Origin: Lytechinus pictus
Taxonomy: Eukaryota
DNA length: 64,000 bases
Direction: 5' to 3'
Assembly: GCF_037042905.1 (NCBI RefSeq)
Contig: NC_087245.1
Span: 32,056,001-32,120,000, forward strand
Below the pieces are notes generated by a model, which ran no database searches, was not told the DNA's origin, and worked only from the letters and a program-made list of their open reading frames with translations. Positions within the stretch are counted from its first letter, which is position 1, and every line of letters begins with the position of its first letter. Below are positions 1-11,956 of this stretch, in pieces. The position numbers and the translations under genes were made by a program.

Positions 1-424
1 CAATTATTGAGAGAAAAAAAATGAGGGATGGAAGAGTACAAAATGCTAATACCAAACAGATAATCTTCTCAAATTTCATCACACTTTCACCATAAATACC
101 TATATAAAAAAATAAAGATACACAATTTTTACCGAGATCTATTTTATTTTTCATGATATCAGCTTCCGATCGCTCACCTATTCCCATGTGAAATATTTTA
201 GTCACTTGAAAATTGTATTGTATCCCGGTATTGTTTTCCAAACATGTATTTTCTGTGGGGAAAGTTGGAAATTTTGACAAAGTCACTGATCGACTAGTTT
301 TACTATACTTTGCTATTTTGAGGAAATAAAAACTTTACCCTTTTTATCATCTTTCTTTATAAATTCCTTTCTGAAGGATGATGTACATTTCTAAGTCTAT
401 CCGACGATTTTTTGATGCATAAAT

Positions 425-829
425 CAGGGTTCCCAGCTTTTCAAGAAAAACAAAATTCCCTGATTATTCCCTGATGAAGTTAAAAAATTCCCTGATAATT
501 CTTTAAACCCATTCCGAGTTTTGCATGTTTTCTAAGTTGTTTCAGTGAATAACATGTATTTTCAGTATAAAAACAATAATGTAAAACTAATACTACCATA
601 ACCAGCCATTCAATGGATGTTGTTTTGATATGCAACAAACTATAACAGATTCAGACTGAATACCATGCTTTCGACTTTTGGGCTGATCAAAATTCCCTGA
701 TTTTTCCTTCATTTCAGGCATTTTCCCCTGATTTGAGGTATTTTTTTGTATCAAATTCCCTGATTTTTCCCTGACTGGAAAAAAGGTAAAATAATTTTCC
801 CTGATTTTCCTGATGGGCTGGGAACGCTG
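425..829. mobile_element. Non-autonomous TIR DNA transposon (MITE) with 6-bp TSD
   Basis: Ends CAGGGTTCCCA / TGGGAACGCTG; flanked on both sides by ATAAAT (419-424, 830-835); many subterminal TTCCCTGA repeats; second copy at 35 kb. Confidence 0.85.
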
Positions 830-2343
830 ATAAATGCACATGTTTGGTAATACAAGTCGTTAATACAATAACTCACTACAGATACTTGTAGAAAAGCTTC
901 AGGGATTTATCAATATAGAATCAAACATCATACAGAAATGAGCTACTACTTTAAAATTCTGATTTGAGATTACATAAAAACGAAATCAAAACAGAACATG
1001 ATATTAATCAAAACAAACACACTGAAGGATCAAGAGATTGATGTTTACTTCTGTAAACGTAAAATATCAAAACTCCACATCACAACAAAAAAGAATCACA
1101 TAACATTAGTGCAAAAAGAGAAGTTTAAACCACTCTAGAGATAAAGTAAGGCAAATTTAATTAGTACAAAAATGGTTTATTATTACAACACATATATTCA
1201 AACATGGATGTACAGAATGGTTTAAAATGGCAGCATATTAAAAGAAAAATTAGTTGAAAAAGTCAGATCTGCATTAGAAAACAAACTCATAATTGTTTAA
1301 AGTATCTTCCTTTTAGTTTAAATTGATTCATAATTTCAATTTCTCTAGTTTTACACCAGTTATAATTTAACTTTCCTTATCCGATAGTTGTTTCTATGAT
1401 TATTCTACAGATGTTTTTTTTTAATTAAATATAGAAAATTAACAATGGGCAACTCTTAAATAAAAAGATATAATATCAATGTATTTAATAATATCGTCTC
1501 TCAGGAAATAGATTTTTTTTCAAATGTTTTTCATACATCAATGATATGATGGTTTGATATCTTCACTACTTATCCTTATGGCCACAATGAAAGTATGGAT
1601 CAATATCATAAATAAGAAATGAAACAAAAGTTATTTGTCTACTATTTACTTTTACTATCCACCTTTATTTCAGATCTAATCAATTTGAAACAAAAAGAAA
1701 ATTTTTGCCTTTGTACAAATATGCAATGACACACATTTTTCCATTCCTGAGCAGATTGTCCATTATGGTTTAATTCCAAACATGAAATATATATGTTTGA
1801 TGATCAAATATCAACCACGTGCATTTCCATGATATATGGAGACCACTCTACAAAATTTTCAGTTCTAAATTCCTCAGATTGAAATTCAATCAAAAGAAAT
1901 TGTCATTGGATACGAGTTCAAAATCAAATCAAAGTTGACTTGAATCTATAGGAAGTCTAATTCAACTCTCAATATGTATTCACCTCAAGAATTGATAGGG
2001 CATAATCCAGAAAAGGCAAATTATCGAAAGTCTGTGCCAGGTCTTTTAGCAGCAATAAAGCCACTATGTGTCTTTTCATGACAGCTTTTATACTCCAGTC
2101 CCCATCGTTTTGTCTACGGTGACTGGGATGATCTGTAATGAAAAGTTCGCTTGCTGAAGAATACCTGCGGAAAGACATAGCTCTGGACTTTTGATAAGGT
2201 GCCTGAATTTAGAGCCTAATGCAGATTTGACTCTCAAGAGAAAGATAGATAGATAGAGAGAGAGAACAGCCAAACACCTTTGCCATGATGATGATGATGA
2301 GAGTGGCGGAAACTTCTAATGGATCTCATGGAGTCCTGCTCAC

Positions 2344-2543
2344 CAAAGAGACCACCGTGGCTGCCGTTGCTCAGCCTCACGCTCAGCATGGTCTTCTTCT
2401 CGTCGTGGTCCCCGTCCTCCAGGTCCCGTTCCGAGCTGATCGACTTCTTGAGGCGCTCGCTGGTCCGGTGCATCATGGGACTGTTGGCCGTGTTGTTGTT
2501 GCGTTTCATGGAAAGCCGGGAGATGAAGTTATTGGACCTGAAG
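2344..2543 (-). CDS. KCNQ: KCNQ coding exon 9 (A-B linker); 3' end at 2344 or 2278
   Basis: Acceptor cctttcacag fits phase 2; (S)[68 protein letters not shown]-rich coding-like composition; donor G|gtgagc at 2343, with a second same-phase candidate AAG|gtgttt at 2277. Confidence 0.85.
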
Positions 2544-5500
2544 CTGTGAAAGGTTTAAAAACGCATAATTTTGTTGAGTAAATGGTCACATTTCACGTTT
2601 AGTACTTTTGAAAGGTGTGTTTATCTTACAGAAATTTAAGCATGCTGCGAACTAGTAACTAGCAAGTCAAAAGCTAAATAAGCAATCACATTATTTTTCA
2701 AATATTACATTCCAATTTTGAAACTACAGACCTTACAGGTGAAAAGCTTAATAACCTAGCCACCATGATTTGCTTGCCTTGCCAGTTGCTAGCTTTTAGA
2801 ATGCTTATAATAATTTTCTCAGTCCGTACTAGCATAATAATTAACTCAGTCCGTACTAGCAGAGAGAAGCTCTGGATGAGACGACTTCGCACCACCCAAC
2901 CTCATGGCCTGAACATCCAAGAGGGGAACGACTGATTATTCTTTCCTATCCACTTTCAATTTATATATACATATCATTTTCCCCTCAGCTCTTTTGAATA
3001 GTTACATTATAGTTTCTTCCTCTACTTTCCTCCCATATCTCATACAAGCTCAGCTCCAATTTTTCCTTCCTTATTCAGGCGATATAATAATTATTATATA
3101 TATATATATTTTTTTTTTTCTCCACTCACCTCTTTTAGATTTACCACATTTGCTTATTTACATGTATACTATGGTTTCTTCATAATACACCCCCTCTCTT
3201 CTATATTTGCATTTACCTTTTTAGGCAATTTGCTTCCTCTTTTTCACATATACAGGTTTTTTTTTTTTTTTTTTTTCCTACTGTATAGTCCTATGTTTTT
3301 TTCCCGTCACACCTAGCGGATTACAATATCAGTTACACCATATGTGTATTTATATTTTTTCATATACATTTCTTTTTTGGATATATTTATATACATATCA
3401 CTTATAGATACATATTTACACTTACCTTCTTCTCTTAGTTTGTTTAATGCTTTATCATGTATACTTATATGTCTTTTGCACATTATCAGTTGTTCCCCAT
3501 TCTTTTCCTTTTTTCCCCCAATCTTATGCACCAGTTTATTATGCCTTTCTTTGTAACCTGTTTGACCCACCTCTCACTAATTCTCTAGTTATTCATCCCT
3601 CTATCACTGTTTTGTTCCAGATCCTGTTTGATGTTGCCTGCCTCATTATCTTAATCCCTCTTGGCCTTACTTACACTAACTTCCCTTTGTGTCTGCCTAC
3701 TCCTTTTCTTTCATCCCCTTCACTAAACTGATTGGTCTTCTCTTCTCACTAATGCCCCTTTTGTCTCCTTGTTTCTAGTGTTACTGTAGCTTGTTTGTGG
3801 TCTATATTATGGTTGTTCCACTTTATATGTTTGTCATTTTGCCTCCCACGAAGATTCTGCTAGGATCGAAAGCTTAGGCCCCTTTTTGATTTTCTATAAT
3901 AATTTTTAACAGGAACTAGGATATCAAAATGCAAATGCTTGCACTAACTTTTACCACTTCAGTTTTGAATTCATATCTATGTTTGGAATTTGTATAGTAC
4001 CCTACTATATGTTAGTATATCCTATAAAATAAAGTAAATCATTCATTTTTGGTCACAAATTTTGTGAGGATAAAAATGGGGATGGGCAGAGCATTCCTAT
4101 TTGTATTGCTTAATGAATTTTTGAGGGTGTTAAAAGAAATTTTGTAAATATTAACTTTCCATATACAACATTCATAGGACCATTTCAACACTTGGGTGAA
4201 GGTTAGGAATTGTTGATCGATGTTTACAAATAATCAGATAAATGCCATATCTCTCAAAAGGTGACGTTTCTGCGATGTAGTCTCAGAATCTACAGTCGCA
4301 GAGACGTCTCTAGGATAAAAGTTTCTTTGTTATAACCAAGGAGATGTCTCTGCGACTTCTCTAGACAGGTGATGAGCACTTTGCCCGACAATCGTGGCGA
4401 TGCGCTGTAATGTTGCAGTAGTGACTACTTGGAGCCTTTGCAGCAACTTCCGCGCAAATATCTGGCCATCCTCGCAACTGTCAGGCCAAATGCTTGTCAC
4501 TTTATCTGGAGACATTGGAGGTTTCACCCTTGGTGGTGGCATTAAGCAAGAGGAATCATATTCACCTGCCAGTAGTGGGGCTATGAACAGGTTTAATATG
4601 AGGTTTCCAGGTGGCTGTTGAACTAGAGTTTGGATCTGCAGCATAACATCTCCAAAGACACTGAAAAAGGGGAAATGAAGTGTGCATCATGGAGAAATTG
4701 TAAAACAAAAATAATAACAAAATCACGAGAAACCAACTTGTTGTAAAGTAAACTTGAAGTTAACCCAACTGTATAAAGATAAACTAAAGTGTAAACATAC
4801 ACTATGAGTTTCATATTTATAAGATAAGATTACAAAGAAATACTCCATAAACTATTTAAATAATCTTGAGTTACAAGGAGGAATAATAGGAATTTGAATA
4901 AATAACTGAACGTAGCTGGTCACATTTGGAAGGTGGAAAGAGGGATAAAAAGGTTGTTACCAGTGGGATCGAACCAGTCTTCTACTAGCTGCAGCGACTA
5001 TACTATTAGGCAATTACTGGTTCATGGTAGGGTCAACAAGATGAAATAGAAAACAGATATCTTGACCCATAGCTAATTGTGACATGTATCTCTTATAAGT
5101 TCAACTTGTCAACTCAATTGACTCGACTGGGCATTACTAAAATAGGTCTATTCTTCATTAAAGCACAAGAAACATAACTGCAATTGTTAAATCTTTGACC
5201 TTCAAAAATATTAACACAGAGTAAGACCAAGGCCTAGGCTAAACCAGACTTCAGAATTAGGGCCATTGGATTTAATTCTGTCTTGTAATTATCTAAGGAT
5301 ATGGAATGCACGATAGACTAGTGGATTTACCTGGATGAGTTGTGCTGCTGGATGTCGTCTCCGAGCAAAGTGCTTCTGGCGTTGTTGCTGCTGGACTTGC
5401 AGAGCAAAACCGGAACCAAGAATACCCTACAGATCATGAAACAGAGAAAATTGTTTATGTGTTGTTCACACCTAGCAAACATTTGTGGGCGTGTCGTGGA

Positions 5501-8500
5501 CTAGTGGTTCTGACTCTTGCCTTTCAAACAGAGGGTCGTGAGTTCGAATCCTAGCCATGGCGTGTTTTCCTTCAGCAAAAAAAATGCATCCACACTGCGC
5601 TGCACTCGACCCAGGTGAGGTGAATGGGTACCCGGCAGGATTAATTCCTTGAATGCTTGAGCGCCTAGGCAACCCAGTTAAAGCCGGGGGAATAATAGCA
5701 GGGCCTGCTGGGAGAACAGTTTTCGGAGCTGAAGTGTCTACCCTGGGTAAATATACCGCTATTATTATTTATTATTATTACATTTCAGTAAAATCATGAC
5801 TAAGACTAACATGACTGTGATACCGTAAGGTCAACAGCAGTTGGAATTGAACAACTGGAAAGCTAGTGCGACATAGACTAAAATCTTTAATTTTGGTTAT
5901 TCCTTGGTAACGAATCCAACATGAAATTTTTAATAGCCGATTCAAGATCAGAAGGTAATTGAGTTGTAACAGCAAATGGCTACCCCGTTAAAAGTTTCTA
6001 CATACTTACCGCAGGCAGAGCGAAAAAGGAAATTCCAATGATTGCAAAGACCGCAGCGGCTAGCTTCCCTGACCAGGAGTTTGGTGTTTTATCCCCATAT
6101 CCCACTGTTGTCAAGGTTACCTGCATTGAATATACAAAGGTACTTTTTCTGTGAGACATTGTCATGTATTTCTGCTACTTTTGTTCAAACAATATTGTAG
6201 TTTGTAGTTGTCATTGAACTGAACATAAATTTATTAGTGCTCTTTCCAACTTGCAATGGCTATTTTGGACATTTTATTAAAGCCCTGATGAGAATTTCCC
6301 ATTTCAAAACAGCTTTTCAATATCAGTTGAATTAGGCTTTACATATCCATTCTGTCTTAGCATTCCATAATCACTCTTATACTTGTGGCATATATTATAC
6401 ATGTACTTATATTAAAATGGTCATACAGATAATTTTTCATCCTCTTAATCACTCAATAAGATATACTTGATGGATTAACAATAACAATTCTCTAGGAAAT
6501 AAACAAATGAGGACCAACAAGGGATAATTGAGGTACTCACCAGACCATACCACATGGCATCGGGTAGAGTCTTATAATCATCATCGGGACTACCATGCTC
6601 CAATGTAAACACTAAGAAAGACACTGAAATTAGGGCCAGGAAACCAATATACCATGTTGTCAGCAACTCCTGTGAATATGATGAAAAAAATAACAGTACC
6701 ATGATTTGTTCTTTAGGCAAGGAACATCCAAGAGATTAAAAGGGGTAACAGGCAAATAAAGAGAGAAATTGGAACTGAAGGTCAACTCAATATCACTGTA
6801 TTTATTCTAAAGCCATGTAAACCACACAGTGCATCCCATAAATTTGAAACGAAGAATTATTGCTATTTCACCAAAAGTTAATCACAACGGGTCAGGCGTT
6901 TCATAAAGCTGTTCTTAAATGCTTGAATTTACAAATGACTGGAACATGTCACATGCTATGTCAGCCGCATAGGCATACATCATTTACCACAAGAAATGGT
7001 CAACAGCTTTAATATGAAATAACTATCTAGAATAATAATAAACCTTTTCCTAAGTTCACCCCCCATTTTTCTTTTGCTTCCCCTAACAAACTGCTCAAGC
7101 CATGATAAATTGAGAGCATTACAATTTTTCATTTGAACAAGGAAACAGAGAAATTATCACAGGAAGGTCCCAAGAGGTGTCTGTTTTACATGCATGTACT
7201 TTATGGAATTGTTCAATCATGATAGAGGCATGACACATACTTGAAAAGCTTAGAAAGATATCCCTCTCCAATTTGATGACACGTACATACACTATGCTTG
7301 CTTTGTGCGGGAGTGAATAGACAAGACAGGGTACCAAAAATTAATTTGGTAGGCAGAATCTGAATTTCAAAGGGAAAAATCACATCTTATGAAGATCATT
7401 TTTACTATGAGATGTGCCTGATAGAAATGTGGCCTTGCCCTCCCCCCCCCAAAAAAAAAATCAAATTTCTTTAGAAATGCTATTTCAAACTAAAAAATCG
7501 AGAAAGTCAAACCTGTCTGTGTGCCCAGACAACAGAGCCTAGAAGTTTCCAGGTGTTGCCGCGCCGGTCAACCCGAACCATTCGCAGGATCTGAATAAAG
7601 CGAAGACCACGGAATGCTGGCTCGAGGAAGCGACCATTGCGGCTGCCTATCACAATGATTAGGACTGAAGCTATGACTACAACAATATCTGTGAGAGAAA
7701 AAAAAATTATTATAAATTTATGCTTTGATAATAAATAGATGGGTAAAACACTTTCATTTCATTCTTATTCATTATTAATTCATATTTAATCTCTTAGCAA
7801 AAGTAAGAGATATAATAAAAATATAAAAAATATAGAGAATACCACTGACCATCAATGGTCTTAATGACAGAGATAGTCAAATGATAACTTCCAATTAAAA
7901 GCTTCTCCCGGATTGGTTGGTGGCTTATATAATTTCATGCAAAGCTAGCAATACCAAAAATTAAAGAGTTCCAAATGAATATTAAGGCTCATCATGCAAC
8001 TACATGATTCAGCTAAAATTGATAATTAAAATATTGGAGGAAAAATTTTATATGTATTTATTTGTCAGATTGTATATGAGTAACTTTAAATCTTAAAATT
8101 AGGTTACATAATTAGACAACGTTCTCACTACCTTCCTAAAACTAGTTTAGTGGAAACAGTTTAGCACATCTGTTCTTCCCGTGATCTTCGCACATTTTGA
8201 GCACGCTACTCTAAAAAGTGTGTAGAATAATGCCTACGATGCTGTTTCGAATTTCGTGCAAAACATGTCACCCCACTGAGAGCGTTCCCATAGCAACAAG
8301 ATTGCTTTACGTGAGTTGATTTTGAAAACCACTTTCGGGTGATCATTTATGTGAATGCTAACAAAGCGATCTTTCAAACTGGTTTCCTAAAGCGGTTTCC
8401 AGTAGACTAGTTTTTTAGAAGGTATAATGAGAACGAGGTCTTAGAATCACAGCAGCCCAGCATCAAGAACAAACAATATGTGATGGAGTGGTTCTAAAGG

Positions 8501-11500
8501 GGCTTTCACAACTGCTCGTACGATCGTTTGCGATCATCTGGTCACAATATATGTTGCACATAATCGCAACGGTTGTAAGCAGTCGCACCACCAGTTGTGA
8601 AAGGGGCTTAAAGCATGTATGTACAGTATGCAGAAAAAAAAACAGGTAGAGAATGAGTTTGAGCATTTTTAACATGGTGAAAATTCAATCCTCCAGTGAA
8701 AAAGTCTCCATGTTTATTCGGCCAGAGTAAACTTTGTGTGAATTGTTTTTGTTATACATCTTCCGTCTGAAACGTCGTACAATTCTCCTAGGAGATATAG
8801 CGAATTCAACAAAGACACGTGGATGAAATACAAGAAATCCTCCTTGCTTGAAAACAAGAAGATATAATGACTTCGTAAGGACTCCAGAGGGAGTCCTCTC
8901 GCCGGGCAAAGGATCAATCCTAGCCCCATTACTTGGTTTCTTGATGGCATAGTTGCCATGGAAACCCTCATCTGAAAACCCGCATACCTGGATTTCCACT
9001 CTGGGGACGCTAATCCCTCATTTCCACAAATGGGGACCCATCATCACTGCCACTGATATCTTATCCTAACAATTTGCCGACTCTCAAAGCCATACAAAAA
9101 GACTACTATCCTGTCTGAATCTTAACCCTTTTACCTCCATGGGAACACACACTTGTTGAACCCACCCTCTTTAGATTTCCCAAATAGATCATGATACGAG
9201 CCACGTTGAATTATACATCTTTTATCTCTCTAAAAAGCAAACTTATTTTTAAACGCTCTTTTACCTTTCAAAAAGAACAAAATCATATTTCAAGAATGAC
9301 AAAAACAGGAGTAGGACTTGAAAGAAAAATTCAAAAAGTGGATTTAAAAGACATTGATCACGCACATCATATTCGTTTTGATGGGCGGTATATGCATATA
9401 AGATACCCACAGTAGGTATTTGTCAAGAGATAATGCAAGAATTTATATCTTTTATAAATAATGCATTTTCACTCAAATTTGCTGTAGCACTTTTGTGAAT
9501 ATACTTTCCTGAATGTATAATTTACATCAGATCCAAATATGATCATCAAACAGACGAGTCTCATACCTAAAATCAGGTTCCTCTTTATTTCATGTGGTTC
9601 GCTTAAATAAGACCTCTAACAAAACATTTATTCATGTTATCAAGTGGAATGCCTCTGGCAGTCTCGCCTGCATTATGCGATTCAATATAGCAGCAGTACT
9701 GACTTTGAAAACAGCTATTGAATAATAAATCACAAAAGAAAACACTCATATAATAATATAATAAGTACTATGTCCATTGACCCAACATGACCTTTGACCA
9801 TGATCATGTGACCCAAGATGTCTGCAAAACATACTTGATAACCCTTATGTCTATGTTTCATGAACTACATGTGTACATGTAGACCTATAAACTTTCTATT
9901 AGTTATGATGCCAATTCAACAAAATACCCCCAACAGTGCCAAAGTTCATTGACCTTAAATGACCTTTGATCTTGGTCATGTGACCTGAAACACGCACAGG
10001 ATATTCAGGAATACATGGTTACTCTTATGTTTAGTTATGATGACAATACCACAAATACCCCCAACATTATCAAAGTTTGTTGAACCTAAGTGACATTTGA
10101 CCATGATCATGTGACCCAAGATGTGTGCAAAACATACTTGATAACCCATATGTCTATGTTTCATGAACTACATGTACATAGTACATGTAGATCCATTAAC
10201 CTTCTAAGTTATGATGCCCATTCAACAAATACCCCCACAATGCCAAAGTTCATTGACCCTAAATGACCTTTGACCTTGGTCATGTGATCTGAAACTCTTC
10301 ACAGGAAATTCAGGGATACTTAATTGCTCTTAATGAACTAGATCCATAAAATTTCAAAGTTATGATGACAATTCCACACATACCCCCAACATGGTCAAAG
10401 TTTGTTGACCCTAAGTGACCTTTGACCTTAGTCATGTGACCTGAAACTCAGGCAGAATGTTCAGTAATACTTAATTACCCTTATGTCAAAGTTTCATGAA
10501 ATAGGTTCATATACTTTCTAAGTTATGATGACATTTCAAAAACTTAATCGATTTCAATGTTCACAACGCCACCGCTGTCGGAAAAGCCGCGCCTATACTC
10601 TCGCTCTGCTCTCCATGTGAGACCAAAAAAATTGAATTTTGAAACAGAAAAGCTTTTTTGATGTGCCCTCAAGAAAGATGACCCATAAATGAAGTTGAAA
10701 CTTTATTACCCCCAAAATGAATACAAAGACAATTTTATTGATATACAAACAAGAAAATAATATCTTTGGTAAAAGGGGACCAGAAAAGGACAATTGGGCA
10801 CAACAACGGGGGAATAAAGTGTTGTATGCAAAAACTATTTCCACTTTTGCTTTGTTTATCAAATGAATAAAAATGGAAGAATATTGGATGAATCTGTAAC
10901 AAACGCAACAAACACTCTGCTTTCTCGAGAGACAATATAACTAAGATTTGAATCTATGATACATATCCCTAGTTATGCCATGGGAATGAGATTTTTTCCC
11001 ACCTTCTGATGCAGCTTGGTTTTCATATTGAGAACCTTACCATAGGGAAAATAATTATAAAGAGGATTCGAGTTTCTTCAAAGAGTGTAATTGCATCCGC
11101 TCCGGGAATCCTGCAACTATTTTCACAACAGATTTGTGAGAATAAACGATAAGATGGCTGCCAAAAGCTTGTAGCACGGCGGCTCACTCCGAAACCTTGC
11201 CCATAGGCCCTATATCTCCTAATCACATTTAGGAGACTTGGATCCGATTAGGGCATCGTTGTAATGTCGTTACGGGTAAAAGGATCAGCAGTGTGATAGC
11301 AAAATAGCCAAGGGAGCCTCGTGGAAGTAGCTTGGAGTTTTGTCTCGTATCTGATGGGTGACAAATAAAAACCCTTCTCAACTCTTGGTGTGGAACTTAA
11401 CCCAAGATTTCAGACCTAATCACCTACGCTTCAAATAAGGCAGAAGGATTAAGTGTGAAAAAGCCTTTGGTAAAGTAATGAGGCATTCAACCTGTGGACG

Positions 11501-11762
11501 ACAGGCCGCCAATGATTGCTTCTTCCGCTAAATGCAGACAGGGAAATTAGCCAGCATCCAAGATTCAAAGTGGACTAGATGGGCAATGATTTCATCCAAA
11601 ACACTCCAGACACTACTATTGCAATAAAAATACTACTGCAACTACTACTTCTACTACTACTACTAGCACTAATACTACAACTAGTACTACTACTACTACT
11701 ACTTCTACTACTGCTACTGCTGCTACTACTGTTACTACTACTACTACTGCTGCTACTACTGT

Positions 11763-11797
<35 letters not shown>

Positions 11798-11802
11798 ATA
11801 TG

Positions 11803-11838
<36 letters not shown>

Positions 11839-11925
11839 ACTACTACTACTACTACTGCTGCTGCTACTGCTACTACTGATACTGCTACTGCTACCGCTAC
11901 TGCTACTGCTACTACTGATACTGCT

Positions 11926-11956
<31 letters not shown>

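Noticed and set aside
2818..2910. Possible small exon and 17-bp direct repeat ctcagtccgtactagca
   Set aside because: Splicing in the required phase 2 hits TGA at once; the repeat is a trivial local duplication.
4330..4644. 104-aa ORF overlapping exon 8
   Set aside because: Different frame from the KCNQ exon; the part beyond the donor runs into an inverted-repeat remnant (gtcgcagagacgtctc / gagatgtctctgcgac).
5487..5560. tRNA-like A and B boxes (also at 35515, 57824 and 62360-62430)
   Set aside because: They continue into SINE bodies and tails and do not form a full cloverleaf, so they are not tRNA genes.
6285..6320. CTGATGA..caaaacagct hammerhead-like string
   Set aside because: GAAA and the cleavage triplet are both altered and no adjacent stem I forms; too weak to call.
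9780..10520. Regularly spaced repeats superficially like a CRISPR array
   Set aside because: The intervening sequences are homologous to one another, the context is eukaryotic and there are no cas genes.
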